From contig CAKPNJ010000007.1 of the NCBI GenBank assembly GCA_934168365.1, forward strand, positions 2,963 through 66,962: a DNA stretch of 64,000 nucleotides. The letters run 5' to 3'. This stretch comes from an uncultured Clostridia bacterium. Lineage in GTDB: Bacteria; Bacillota; Clostridia; TANB77; CAG-508. Positions 48,887 through 59,403 of this stretch are shown piece by piece. A program made the position numbers and the translations under genes. The notes under the pieces were generated by a model, which saw only the letters and a program-made list of their open reading frames with translations, was not told where the DNA came from and made no database searches. Within the stretch, counting starts at the first letter, position 1. Each line of letters begins with the position of its first letter.

Positions 48887-49147
48887 TCATCCTACCTTTT
48901 CATGGCTATACTTAAGCTTAGTAGCCATACCTCCACGAATATGCCTTTCAGCTTTATTTTCATCTAATATTTCACGTACCTGATGAGCTAAATTAGGGTT
49001 TATCTTAAGTAATCTTTCACTAACATCTTTATGAACAGTACTTTTACTAACACCAAACTTTCTAGCAGCACCTCTAACTGTATCTTTCGAATCTATAATA
49101 TAATGAGCTAATGTAACAGCTCGTTCCTCAATTGAAACTCCAACCAT
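48887..49147 (-). CDS. spoIIID: stage III sporulation transcriptional regulator SpoIIID
   Basis: Strong similarity to the SpoIIID HTH (GVSKSTVHKD, RGGMATKLKY). Start set at an internal ATG. The upstream extension is probably not translated. Confidence 0.8.
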   Translation of the reverse strand: MVGVSIEERAVTLAHYIIDSKDTVRGAARKFGVSKSTVHKDVSERLLKINPNLAHQVREILDENKAERHIRGGMATKLKYSHEKVG

Positions 49148-49310
49148 AAAGAAAACCCCCATAAGAATACTTTTGTTTAATTGTATTCGCATAAAGGTTG
49201 TATTATGAATAAAAACCTTCTTAATAAAATTTTAATAAAATACCACTAGTTTTCTTAAGAATCTAGTGGTAAAATATTCTTGTAAAATAATGAAAGGGAG
49301 ATTTTTTAAT

Positions 49311-50216
49311 ATGGCAGAAACAATATTAAAATGCAAAGACCTACATAAAAAAATAGGTAAAAAAGAAATCTTAAAAGGGGTTTCTTTAGAGGTAAATGAA
49401 GGTGATATTTTAGGCTTTATAGGACCAAACGGAGCAGGAAAAACTACAACAATTAAGCTAATATTAGGCCTTCAAGGAATTACAAGTGGAGAGGTTAATA
49501 TAAATGGATATGACATAAAAAAAGACTTTACTAAAGCTATAAGAAGAGTAGGAGCAATTATTGAAAACCCAGACTTGTATATGTATTTAACAGGATATGA
49601 AAACTTAAAATTAGTTGCAAATATGTATAAAGGTATTACAAAAGAAAGAATAATGGAGGTTGTAAAGCTAGTAAAATTAGAAAATCGTATAAATGATAAA
49701 GTATCTAAATATTCACTAGGAATGAGACAAAGATTAGGCGTAGCACAAGCTATATTACATAATCCAAATTTATTAGTTTTAGACGAACCAACAAATGGAT
49801 TAGATCCAGAAGGTATAAAAGAAATGAGAGACCTTTTAAAGGTTTTAGCAAAACAAGGAATGGCAATATTTATTTCAAGCCATAACTTAGCAGAAATGGA
49901 AACTCTATGTAACAAAGTTTGTATTATTCAAAATGGAGAAATTATTGAAACTAACGATATTTCAGCAATAAGAACTACTAATGAAGTACACTACAAAATA
50001 GTAGTAGATAATACAGAAAAAATAGCAGAAATAATATCAGTACCAACTGAAATAAAAGGAAAAGAAGAATTTAATATAATAGCTGAAAGAGAGCAAGTTC
50101 CAAACATAGTAAAAACATTAGTAGAAAATAATATTAAGGTGTATGAAGTTAATGAAGAAAAATTATCATTAGAAGATGCATTCTTAAAAAAGACAGGAGG
50201 TAATACAATTGATTAG
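49311..50216 (+). CDS. ABC transporter ATP-binding protein
   Basis: Walker A GPNGAGKTT, signature, Walker B. AGGGAG RBS at the ATG at 49311. Confidence 0.85.
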   Translation: MAETILKCKDLHKKIGKKEILKGVSLEVNEGDILGFIGPNGAGKTTTIKLILGLQGITSGEVNINGYDIKKDFTKAIRRVGAIIENPDLYMYLTGYENLKLVANMYKGITKERIMEVVKLVKLENRINDKVSKYSLGMRQRLGVAQAILHNPNLLVLDEPTNGLDPEGIKEMRDLLKVLAKQGMAIFISSHNLAEMETLCNKVCIIQNGEIIETNDISAIRTTNEVHYKIVVDNTEKIAEIISVPTEIKGKEEFNIIAEREQVPNIVKTLVENNIKVYEVNEEKLSLEDAFLKKTGGNTID

Positions 50217-51657
50217 TTTAATCCAAAATGAATTAAAGAAAATATTTAAAAAGAAAAGTTTGTTAATCACATTATTAGTTACACTTGCTTTTATCATTCT
50301 TACTAATGTTATATATAAACTTGACTTTGGAAATTCGTACTATGATTACATAGAAGAAGAAATTAGTTTTTATGGAGAACAATTAAAAACTCTTGATCCC
50401 GAAAAAGATAAAGATATGTATGCACAATATAAAACCGAATTAGAAGTATACCAGTTAATAAAAAATTATGACGAGAAAAGTTGGCAAGCTAAGATAATAC
50501 AATCAGAAATGAGAAGTTGTATTTCAAATATAAATTATTATACATATCAGGAAAAAAGTGATAGTGGTTTAAAAATTGCAAAAGCAAAATATAATGAATA
50601 TATAAAAAGGCTAGACACAGATGATTGGAGATATTTTGCTGAAGAGGAAGTAAAAGAAAAAAATACTGAAATAGATGAACTAAAAGCAATGCAGGAAAAA
50701 ACTACTAATAAATTAGAAATAAAAGAGCTTCAAAGCCAGATAAGAGGCTATGAAATAAGCAGACAAATAGCAACATGGAGATTAGAAAAAGACATTCCTT
50801 ATGGAAATGATTATAAAAACAATTGCTTAAACAGCTATATGGTGGCAATGGAAGACATTAGAAGTTATGATTTTGGAGAAACAGAAAAAAATTATGATTC
50901 TAAAAAACAGTATTATAAAGCCCAAGAAACGGCAGCAATAAACAAATATGATATTGAAAATGGAACTACCGTGGGAGATACAAGTAGTGCAAAGGGAATA
51001 TTACTAAGTACATTTGACGAATATGAAATATTTTTAATAGTAATGTTTATGATGACAGCAGGAGTAATAGTAAGCGAAGAATTTAGCAAAGGTACAATAA
51101 AGTTACTTTTAATTAAACCATATAAAAGAAGTACAATCTTGGCATCTAAATTTATAACTAGCATAATTGTTGCTATTATAGTTATAATACTAGTTCTCTT
51201 AATGCAATTTGTAGTAGGTGGGTTAATACAAGGATTTGATAGTTTTAAAAATCCAACTATAATTTATGACCACACAATAAATAATGTAAAACATATAAAT
51301 ACAATACAATATTTAGCTATGCAAGCACTAGGAAAGGCACCAATGTATATTTTACTTATGACTCTTGCATTTGCATTTAGCACAATATTTACAAACTCAG
51401 CATTAGCAATAACTATTTCATTGTTAGGATATATGGGAAGTTCAGTTATCAATATGTTAGCCTTGAACTTAAAACTAAATTGGATTAAATATTTTGTTAC
51501 ACCAAACTGGAATTTAACAGAATACTTCTGGGGAGGAATACCAACATTTGAGGGAATAACATTACCATTTTCAATTGCAATAATAGTAATATATATGGTA
51601 ATAATGCTAGTACCAACATTTATAATATTCCAAAAGAAGAACATAAAAAATATATAA
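50209..51657 (+). CDS. ABC-2 type permease with a large (about 230 aa) extracytoplasmic domain between TM1 and the C-terminal TM bundle
   Basis: Overlaps the ATPase stop (translational coupling). Hydrophobicity pattern. Confidence 0.65.
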   Translation: MISLIQNELKKIFKKKSLLITLLVTLAFIILTNVIYKLDFGNSYYDYIEEEISFYGEQLKTLDPEKDKDMYAQYKTELEVYQLIKNYDEKSWQAKIIQSEMRSCISNINYYTYQEKSDSGLKIAKAKYNEYIKRLDTDDWRYFAEEEVKEKNTEIDELKAMQEKTTNKLEIKELQSQIRGYEISRQIATWRLEKDIPYGNDYKNNCLNSYMVAMEDIRSYDFGETEKNYDSKKQYYKAQETAAINKYDIENGTTVGDTSSAKGILLSTFDEYEIFLIVMFMMTAGVIVSEEFSKGTIKLLLIKPYKRSTILASKFITSIIVAIIVIILVLLMQFVVGGLIQGFDSFKNPTIIYDHTINNVKHINTIQYLAMQALGKAPMYILLMTLAFAFSTIFTNSALAITISLLGYMGSSVINMLALNLKLNWIKYFVTPNWNLTEYFWGGIPTFEGITLPFSIAIIVIYMVIMLVPTFIIFQKKNIKNI

Positions 51658-51660
51658 AAT

Positions 51661-51693
51661 AAAAGGATGTAGTGTTTTGCTACATCCTTTTAA
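51661..51693. terminator. bidirectional terminator
   Basis: AAAAGGATGTAG/CTACATCCTTTT. Confidence 0.65.
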
Positions 51694-51695
51694 AA

Positions 51696-52958
51696 TTATT
51701 TAATCTTTCTAGCTTCTAGGTAATATCTCTTATCATAGCTGTGTCCCATTGAGAATGTTTTACGAGGTAAAGCACCATCAAGAATTACAGTTTTGAAAAG
51801 GTCTGTTTTAGCCATAGGAGGTAGTAAGAAACCTATATTTCCTGGTTTGCTACCAAGTTCTTTAGTAACATCATCACCATGAATATAGTCAACTTTTCCA
51901 CCATATTCTTTAATATATGCATCAATAAACATTTGTAAAGAACCAACAGCTAAGTTTGATTTTGGATTTTTAATATATAAAGTTTCATTTTTTCCTTCAT
52001 AAACATATTCAACTTTTTGTCCTTCACCAGGAGTTCTTGAAACATCATAATATTTTTCAAATTCTTCAATCATTTTTGCAGGTTCAACACCAAATACAAC
52101 TCTGTGAATTGGTTCAAACTCTAATGCGTCACTATGTAAGTTAACAACTTCTACTAAAGCATATCTTGCAGGGCTATTTTTAGCTTCTTCCTCAGACATA
52201 GTTTTCTTTAAGTTTTCATAGCAAGCTTTTGCAGTTGCTAAAGAGTGGTTACCATCTCCAACAGAGAATAATAAAACACCTTTATCTTTAACATCATATT
52301 TAGCTTCAAAATTATCTTTATCAGCAAGTTCTTCTAATCCTTTGAATATTCCGTCCATTAAGTTTTCTGGAACTTTATAACCTTTAACATGTCCACCATT
52401 TTGCATTAAATCAAAATCATAAACAACATCTTCGCTAGTTACTTTATCTGTTAAACCTTCAATAATTTCTTTTTTCTCATCATCAATTAAAAGCATAACA
52501 TGAGGTAATTCTAAGCTAGCATTCTCTCTGACTCTTACTCTAGGTGGAATTCTTTCTAAAACAGTTCCTTCAGTTGCTCTAATTAAAGATTGAGAACCTT
52601 TTTCATAAGAATAATCTTCTAGGTCTACCATACCAATAAGACCTTTTCTTACTTTTCCATCTGCACCAGTTCTCTCTAAGTAAATTAAAGAATTATCTAA
52701 AGTTTTGAAAAAGTCAGTAGAAAGTAAATGATCCATTTCTTTATTTATATTTGCAATTCTTTCTGCAACATTATCTTGCTCTAAATAAATTTCTGGTAAA
52801 GTAATTTTTAATGTTGAAGGAGCATCCCCAACAATATTTTCAACTTCTTTCCAATATTCAGGCTCTGAAGTGTATTGATCACAAGCTACAACAGCCCATT
52901 TTTCCATTTCTGCATTTTTTGGCAATAAAATATTTGCCCTCTTAAATGGTACGTTCAT
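51696..52958 (-). CDS. DUF1015 family protein
   Basis: 420 aa conserved hypothetical. The family call is from memory. Confidence 0.6.
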   Translation of the reverse strand: MNVPFKRANILLPKNAEMEKWAVVACDQYTSEPEYWKEVENIVGDAPSTLKITLPEIYLEQDNVAERIANINKEMDHLLSTDFFKTLDNSLIYLERTGADGKVRKGLIGMVDLEDYSYEKGSQSLIRATEGTVLERIPPRVRVRENASLELPHVMLLIDDEKKEIIEGLTDKVTSEDVVYDFDLMQNGGHVKGYKVPENLMDGIFKGLEELADKDNFEAKYDVKDKGVLLFSVGDGNHSLATAKACYENLKKTMSEEEAKNSPARYALVEVVNLHSDALEFEPIHRVVFGVEPAKMIEEFEKYYDVSRTPGEGQKVEYVYEGKNETLYIKNPKSNLAVGSLQMFIDAYIKEYGGKVDYIHGDDVTKELGSKPGNIGFLLPPMAKTDLFKTVILDGALPRKTFSMGHSYDKRYYLEARKIK

Positions 52959-53112
52959 AATTTAATCCTCCTAACAAAGTTTTATTATGCTCAAATTATA
53001 TCACTACAAAAAGATTTATACAAGCATAAGTCACAATTTTCCAAAATTCGACATAAAATATCATAACCCTATATGTATAGACAGTGTTAAGTAGTCTATA
53101 AAAAATTGTAGT

Positions 53113-53129
53113 GGAGCACAGTGTGCTCC
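53113..53129. promoter_or_regulatory. 17-bp perfect palindrome GGAGCACAGTGTGCTCC immediately upstream of the yabG RBS
   Basis: Seen directly. An 8-bp loop-less dyad is more consistent with a dimeric protein-binding site than with an RNA hairpin. Confidence 0.35.
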
Positions 53130-53152
53130 ATGAATACGAAGGGAAGAGTGAT

Positions 53153-53999
53153 ATGAAAAAAATTAAAAAAGGAGATATAGTAGGAAGATTATCTTATGGA
53201 AAAGACATTTATTTTACAGTTGAAAGAATAATAAAAACTAGAAATGGTGACATAGCAATACTTAAACGGATTAACGGTTAGAATTCAAGCAGACAGTGAT
53301 GTAAATGATTTGGAACTAATAGAAACTAAACAAGTTGAAAAACATTTAAGAACAATGGAGGAAACCGTTGAAAAGCGCATAAAAACCAGAGAAGAGCTGT
53401 TAAAAAATAATGATGTAAGAGAGAAAACGATAATTCATACTGGGAGAATTTTGCATATAGATGGAGATAAAAAGTATAGTGAAAAATCAAATATATACTA
53501 CAAAAAAGTGGGTTTAAATGCTATTGTGAAAAATATTCCGGAAAGAAAACAACCAGCTTTTGTTGGTTCACTGGTAAGAAAGTATAGGCCTGAAATATTA
53601 GTAATAACAGGACATGATGGAATGATAAAAAAAGGGAAGAACTTTACAGATATATATAATTATAGGAATTCTAGTTATTTTATAAAAGCAGTAGAAGAAG
53701 CTAGAAAAAATAACACAAGAGATGATTTAGTAATTTTTGCAGGAGCTTGTCAAAGTTACTATGAGGGAATAATGATAGCAGGTGCAAACTTTGCATCATC
53801 ACCAGCACGTATTTTAATTGATTTTATGGATCCAATAATTGTAGCAGAAAAGATTGCAGTTACAGACGAGAAAAGGTTTGTTACAATAAAAGACATTGAG
53901 AATGAACTACGTGATGGTCAAAGAGGAGTAAGTGGAACAGGCCGGAAATGGAAAGAAAAAGCTGTTGACAATATAAAAAACAATCATGTAACAAAATAG
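53153..53999 (+). pseudogene. yabG: sporulation-specific protease YabG, interrupted by a -1 frameshift (window 53256-53281)
   Basis: The N-terminal 42 codons (MKKIKKGDIVGRLSYGKDIYFTVERI...) run in one frame to a TAG at 53279. The remainder (VRIQADSD...ITGHDGM...) runs in the next frame. Both parts align to B. subtilis YabG as recalled from memory. Inserting one base restores a contiguous protein. Confidence 0.7.
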
Positions 54000-54085
54000 A
54001 AATAAAAATGTAATATAAATGTAATATAGAACTTGGATTGGCTGGAAATAGTAAAACATTGGTATTAAGTACGAACGAATCTTCT

Positions 54086-54114
54086 TTGACAAAATCGACC
54101 AAAAATGATATTAT
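54086..54114 (+). promoter_or_regulatory. strong sigma-A promoter of veg
   Basis: TTGACA, 17-bp spacer, TG-n-TATTAT. Confidence 0.6.
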
Positions 54115-54143
54115 TTGCCTATCTTAATGAAGTAGGTGATGAT

Positions 54144-54440
54144 ATGATTTGTCCAAATGATATTACTAGTTTAAAAACTGACATTAATGAGATGATCGGA
54201 CAAAAGATAATAATCAAGGGGTCACTAGGAAGATGTAGAACCTTTGAGAAAGAAGCTACAATAGAAAAAACTTATCCAAATATTTTTGTTATAAAATATG
54301 AAGAGGAAAATAGAAATGTTACTTACAGCTACACAGACATCTTAACAAGAGCTGTTGAAGTAGATGTATTTGATGGAAATGGATATAGCCCATTACTTCC
54401 ACCAATAACAGAAACCAAAAAACGAAGAAACTTAGCATAA
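54144..54440 (+). CDS. veg: Veg protein (biofilm/sporulation-associated small DNA-binding protein)
   Basis: Similarity to B. subtilis Veg (TYPNIFVI, SYSYTDILT). Conserved position after yabG. Confidence 0.85.
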   Translation: MICPNDITSLKTDINEMIGQKIIIKGSLGRCRTFEKEATIEKTYPNIFVIKYEEENRNVTYSYTDILTRAVEVDVFDGNGYSPLLPPITETKKRRNLA

Positions 54441-54443
54441 TAT

Positions 54444-54475
54444 AAAAAAATTCCTAATTTTAGGAATTTTTTTTT
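54444..54475 (+). terminator. intrinsic terminator after veg
   Basis: AAATTCCTAA/TTAGGAATTT followed by a T-run. Confidence 0.65.
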
Positions 54476-54522
54476 GGTCTTGTCAATATATATTAGTAAA
54501 AACGAATAGGAGGGATTTAAAA

Positions 54523-56055
54523 ATGGCGGTTGAAACAGCAAAAGATAGTCTAATTTTAAATCAAATTATTGAACAAAAAAGAGATACCTTTATGGTAGAA
54601 GAAGATTGTATTGTTCCTGACGTAAAGCCAGACATATTAAATATTATTAGTAATAGTGGAATAGTTTGCATTTATAAAAAAGAAATTATGGATGGAAAAA
54701 TTAGACTAGATGGCTGTGTTAATACATACATTATGTATTTAGCAGACACAGAAGAAAATCAAGTAAGAAGCCTAAATGCTAATATAGATTTTACACAGGT
54801 AATTGACATGGAAAAAGTAAGGAGTGACATGAGCTTAGATGCAAATGTCAACTTAAAAGGGCTAGAGGCACATGTATTAAACGGAAGAAAAATACATATG
54901 AAAGCAATTTTAGAAGTTGATGCAAAGGTATCTTCTAATGAAACAGTTGAATATGTGAAAGAAATAAATAACTTGAATGATGTGCAATGCTTGAATAGAG
55001 AGTTCCAAATAAATTCTTTAGTAGGATGTGGAAATACAAAAGTATATGCAAAAGATACTATAAATCTTGACGAGGCTGACAATCTAGTAGAGGTAATGAA
55101 AACAGATTTGAGAATAACAAATCGAGATACAAAAATAAGTTATAACAAGGTTTTAATTAAATCTGATTTACAAGTAAAAATTATATATTTAACAGAAGAT
55201 AATCGTATAAATATGAAAGAAGCAACTATACCAGTTGTAGGATTTATAGATTTACCAAACATTAGTGAAGACCACAATTGCAATGTAAAATATGAAATAA
55301 AAAATATTATTATAAAGCCAAACAATGTAGAAGACCATTCAATATATGTAGAAGCTGAAATAGAGGTCTATTGTGAGGCTTATGAAAACAGAAGCGTACA
55401 AATGATACAAGATTTATATAGCCCAACTAAGAACTTACAATTTAATCAAAAGAATGTAAAAGTAATGCAAAATCAGGATATGAAAAAACAAGTATGTAAT
55501 ATTAGAGAAAAGCAAGTAATACCAGAAATAGGCTCAAGAAAAATATATGATGTAGAGGTGCTTCCTGTTATTGAGGAGCAAACCATATTAAATGACAGAA
55601 TAATATATGACGGAGATTTAAAGCTAAACTTTATATTTGCAGGAACTGGCAACACTGGCGTAGAGACTAAAGAGGTAAGTGTGCCATTTAGCTTTACAAT
55701 GGACTTTGATGGCGTAAATTCTGGAAGCAACATAGACACAGTAATAGAGATAGATGCGCAAAACTTTATAGTAATGCCAGACGAAAGTATAGACATTAAA
55801 GTTGATTTAGGCTTTACAGCTATTAGTGGAAAAGATAGTAGTATTTCTATTATAGATGAGGTTACAGAAGCGGATAGCAGAGCAACTTGTCAATATAGTA
55901 TGATAATATATTTTGTAAAACCAGGTGATTCTTTATGGAGTATTGCAAAGAAATTTGGAAGCACAGTAGAAGATATTAGCAGGGTAAATGGAATAGAAAA
56001 CCCAGATAATCTTCAAGTGGGAAAACAATTATATATTCCTAGATATCATGGATGA
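54523..56055 (+). CDS. sporulation protein with DUF3794 repeats and a C-terminal LysM domain (SipL-like, SpoIVA-interacting)
   Basis: C-terminal LysM (YFVKPGDSLWSIAKKFGSTVEDISRVNG). The yabG-veg-sipL neighbourhood matches what is known in C. difficile. Confidence 0.6.
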   Translation: MAVETAKDSLILNQIIEQKRDTFMVEEDCIVPDVKPDILNIISNSGIVCIYKKEIMDGKIRLDGCVNTYIMYLADTEENQVRSLNANIDFTQVIDMEKVRSDMSLDANVNLKGLEAHVLNGRKIHMKAILEVDAKVSSNETVEYVKEINNLNDVQCLNREFQINSLVGCGNTKVYAKDTINLDEADNLVEVMKTDLRITNRDTKISYNKVLIKSDLQVKIIYLTEDNRINMKEATIPVVGFIDLPNISEDHNCNVKYEIKNIIIKPNNVEDHSIYVEAEIEVYCEAYENRSVQMIQDLYSPTKNLQFNQKNVKVMQNQDMKKQVCNIREKQVIPEIGSRKIYDVEVLPVIEEQTILNDRIIYDGDLKLNFIFAGTGNTGVETKEVSVPFSFTMDFDGVNSGSNIDTVIEIDAQNFIVMPDESIDIKVDLGFTAISGKDSSISIIDEVTEADSRATCQYSMIIYFVKPGDSLWSIAKKFGSTVEDISRVNGIENPDNLQVGKQLYIPRYHG

Positions 56056-56764
56056 TAAAATATATTCAAGAAATAGAATCAGGTTACCAAAGATAATAAT
56101 ACAAAACAATAGAAATCCTAATAAAAACACATCAAAGGTACTAAAGATAACGGCTATATTTGTAATAGCAATTAGTGTGGCAGGATTTAGTCTAAAAGGA
56201 ATACAACCAATAATAGAGAAAAACTGCAAAAGTATGGCTAAATCTGTTGCAACTAAAGTATCTAATATAAAGGCAACAGAGGTAATGGCAAAATATGAGT
56301 ATAACGACATTCTAGTTATAAGCAAAGACGAGAATGGAAATATAAATAGAGTAGGCACTAATGTGTTTACAATAAATAAAATAATCTCTGATATTCCAGT
56401 GTATATACAGGAAGAATTGGAAAGAGAAGAAAATAGCAGTTTTAAAATTCCACTAGGAAGTTTTTTGGGTAGTAAATTATTCTCGGGAATGGGACCAAAA
56501 GTAAATGTGAGAATGCAAATGGTAGGAGACTTAGACACAGACCTAAGGTCTGAATTTACATCAGCTGGAATAAATCAAACCCTACATAGAATTTATTTAG
56601 AAATAAAATGTAAGGTAATAATACTAACGCCATTTGAAACAATGGAAGAAGAAATTGCAAACCAAGTGCTTATAGCAGAGGGAGTGATAGTAGGAGATAT
56701 ACCAAATGCTTACTACAACTTAGACGGAATAACCAAAGACAATGCAATAGATATAATAGAATAG
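56048..56764 (+). CDS. yunB: sporulation protein YunB
   Basis: N-terminal TM segment and YunB-family sequence. Start overlaps the previous stop. Confidence 0.65.
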   Translation: MDDKIYSRNRIRLPKIIIQNNRNPNKNTSKVLKITAIFVIAISVAGFSLKGIQPIIEKNCKSMAKSVATKVSNIKATEVMAKYEYNDILVISKDENGNINRVGTNVFTINKIISDIPVYIQEELEREENSSFKIPLGSFLGSKLFSGMGPKVNVRMQMVGDLDTDLRSEFTSAGINQTLHRIYLEIKCKVIILTPFETMEEEIANQVLIAEGVIVGDIPNAYYNLDGITKDNAIDIIE

Positions 56765-56769
56765 CATAC

Positions 56770-56800
56770 AAAAAGAAGTTGCGTAATTGCAACTTCTTTT
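56770..56800. terminator. bidirectional terminator
   Basis: AAGAAGTTGC/GCAACTTCTT. Confidence 0.65.
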
Positions 56801-56806
56801 GAAATA

Positions 56807-57211
56807 TTATCTCTTACTAAATTGTGGAGCTTTTCTAGCTTTTTTAAGACCGTATTTTTTTCTTTCCTTCATACGAGGATCTCTTGTTAAGAATCCTGCA
56901 GATTTTAAAGCTGGTCTGTATTCGCTATTAGCTTCATTTAAAGCTCTTGCTATACCATGACGAATAGCTCCTGCTTGACCTGTAAATCCACCACCAATTA
57001 CTTTACAAATAACATCATATTTATCTAATGTGTTAGTTGCAACTAATGGTTGTTTTACTATAACTTTTAATACTTCTGTTCCAAAGTATTCATCTAAAGT
57101 TTTACCATTTACAGTAATGTTTCCTTTACCTTCTACTAATCTAACTCTAGCAATTGATTTTTTTCTTCTTCCTGTTCCTAAAAAAACAATATTATCAGAT
57201 TTCTTAGCCAT
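56807..57211 (-). CDS. rpsI: 30S ribosomal protein S9
   Basis: Conserved S9 sequence ending in [12 protein letters not shown]. Confidence 0.95.
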   Translation of the reverse strand: MAKKSDNIVFLGTGRRKKSIARVRLVEGKGNITVNGKTLDEYFGTEVLKVIVKQPLVATNTLDKYDVICKVIGGGFTGQAGAIRHGIARALNEANSEYRPALKSAGFLTRDPRMKERKKYGLKKARKAPQFSKR

Positions 57212-57212
57212 T

Positions 57213-57650
57213 TTATTTTACCTCCCAAACTTCAGGTTTTTGAGCGATATTTTCATGCTCGCTACCAGCATATACTCTTAATTTTTTAGCCATTTGTCTA
57301 CCAAGTCTTGTATGAGGAAGCATACCTACAACGGCATGAGTCATCATTCTTTCAGGATTTTTAGCTAATAAATCTTTTGCTGTAATTTCTTTCATTCCAC
57401 CAATATATCCTGAATGGCTTCTATAAATTTTTTGGTCTAATTTTCTACCTGTTAAAACAACTTTATCACAGTTAATTATAATAACGTGATCACCAACATC
57501 CATATGAGGTGTATAAGTTGGTTTATGTTTTCCTCTTAATAATTTAGCAGCTTCAGCAGCAACTCTACCTAATGGCTTATCAGCTGCATCAATAATATAC
57601 CATTTGCTTTCAATTTCACTTTTTTTAATACTATATGTTGTATTATTCAT
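57213..57650 (-). CDS. rplM: 50S ribosomal protein L13
   Basis: Conserved L13 sequence. Start at the ATG (MNNTTY) with a GGAGGA RBS. Confidence 0.95.
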   Translation of the reverse strand: MNNTTYSIKKSEIESKWYIIDAADKPLGRVAAEAAKLLRGKHKPTYTPHMDVGDHVIIINCDKVVLTGRKLDQKIYRSHSGYIGGMKEITAKDLLAKNPERMMTHAVVGMLPHTRLGRQMAKKLRVYAGSEHENIAQKPEVWEVK

Positions 57651-57829
57651 GGTAATCATATCCTCCATTTCAAATTCAAATAATCTATATGAAACTATTT
57701 TTTCGGCTACCGGGGAGAAGCTTTAAAAATAATTACAATCTACATACGCTTTAATATTTTAATACAAAAATATAAAAAAGTCAAGTAAAATCCCAAATAT
57801 TACTAAAATTTGCGAATTTTTGAGTAAGA

Positions 57830-58519
57830 TTAAGAGATTAAATCTTTAACTACTTCACTAGCTAAAATTAAACCTGCAACAGAAGGCACAAAACTAATAC
57901 TAGCAGGTGTCCTTTTATTATCCACATCAAAGCGTTTAGGTTCTTCCTTAGAATACACAACTTTTAAATGCTTAATTCCACGCTTTCCAAGTTCTTTTCT
58001 CATAACTTTAGCCAAAGGACATACTGAAGTTTTACTAATATCTGCAATTTCAAATTTAGTAGGGTCTAGTTTATTTCCAGTGCCCATAGAACAAATAATA
58101 GGAATATTTCTTTTATTACATTCCTCAACTAAATTTATCTTAGAAGTAACACAATCAATAGCATCTACTACATAATCAAATTGCGTGCTTAAAATTTTAT
58201 CTGCCTGAGAGGCATCATAAAACATTTGATAAGTGGTGATATTCAAATTAGGATTTATTTTAAGTAATCTTTCTTTTTCAACTTCAACTTTAGGTTTACC
58301 AACAGTACTAGTATCTGCAATAAGTTGACGATTTATATTTGTAATATCAACAACATCTTTATCAATTAAAGTAAGATTGCCAACTCCACTACGAGCCAAT
58401 GCTTCAATTACATATGAACCAACACCACCACAGCCGAATACCGCAACGTGTGCTTGTGTTAATTTATTTACATTATTTTCGCCAATTAAATATTCAGTTC
58501 TATTAAGCCAATTATTCAT
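57830..58519 (-). CDS. tcdA: tRNA threonylcarbamoyladenosine dehydratase (ThiF/MoeB-like E1 fold)
   Basis: GCGGVGS nucleotide-binding motif and TcdA/CsdL-like length. Confidence 0.8.
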   Translation of the reverse strand: MNNWLNRTEYLIGENNVNKLTQAHVAVFGCGGVGSYVIEALARSGVGNLTLIDKDVVDITNINRQLIADTSTVGKPKVEVEKERLLKINPNLNITTYQMFYDASQADKILSTQFDYVVDAIDCVTSKINLVEECNKRNIPIICSMGTGNKLDPTKFEIADISKTSVCPLAKVMRKELGKRGIKHLKVVYSKEEPKRFDVDNKRTPASISFVPSVAGLILASEVVKDLIS

Positions 58520-58661
58520 TTTAATACCTCATAACATTTATCTAACAAAAATATTATAACACTAAATAACTATCAACACAACACAAACAAAAATTTGTAA
58601 AAACTCTTGCAAATTTTTTATTTTATGGTAAAATATTGGTGAAACGAGAGGAGATAAAAAT

Positions 58662-59279
58662 ATGTTAGCATATATCAAAGGAATTTTGGAAATAAAAACA
58701 AAAGGATATATAGTGGTAGAAGCAGGAGGTTTAGGTTATAAAATATTTATGCCTGAATCAACAATTGCTAATACTGGAAATATAGGAGATAAAGTTCAAA
58801 TTTATACATTTATGAGAGTTAGGGAAGACGACGTTAGTCTATATGGATTTCTAACAAATGAAGAATTGCGTATGTTTGAATTACTATTAAGCGTTGGTGG
58901 AATAGGAGCAAAAGGTGCATTAGGAATATTATCAAACATTACACCATCACAATTTGCTTTAGCAGTCATTTCAAATGATGTGGCAATATTAAAAAAGGTA
59001 CCAGGAATAGGACCAAAAACAGCACAAAGAGCAATACTAGAATTAAAAGATAAATTGAAAAAAGAACAAGAAATTTCAATCGCCGAAGGAGAAGAAACCT
59101 CAAATATAGAGCAAGTTATTAAGGAAGATGAAAAGGTGTCAGAAGCAATAAGTGCATTACAAGTACTAGGTTACAGTAAGCGAGAAATAGTAGAAGCATT
59201 ACAAACAATAGAAGTAACCTCACTATCAGTAGAGGACATTATTAAAAAGGGACTAGCTAATTTAGCAAAAAAATTATAA
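58662..59279 (+). CDS. ruvA: Holliday junction branch migration complex subunit RuvA
   Basis: Conserved RuvA domains with HhH motifs (GIGPKTAQRA). Confidence 0.9.
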   Translation: MLAYIKGILEIKTKGYIVVEAGGLGYKIFMPESTIANTGNIGDKVQIYTFMRVREDDVSLYGFLTNEELRMFELLLSVGGIGAKGALGILSNITPSQFALAVISNDVAILKKVPGIGPKTAQRAILELKDKLKKEQEISIAEGEETSNIEQVIKEDEKVSEAISALQVLGYSKREIVEALQTIEVTSLSVEDIIKKGLANLAKKL

Positions 59280-59403
59280 TATTTAGAGTAGGCACAGCGA
59301 CTTTGACATATATTTTTTCGTGCTTTAGCCTAAGAAAAAATATATTCAAAGTGCAAGCGACGTGCCGGATAGATTAAAATAGAGATAAAAGGAGCTTTGA
59401 ATA

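Noticed and set aside
48887-49192. The full 101-aa ORF as SpoIIID including the N-terminal MRIQLNKSILMGVFF extension
   Set aside because: The extension has no counterpart in SpoIIID and is hydrophobic. An internal ATG preceded by a G-rich RBS gives a protein that aligns from the first conserved residue.
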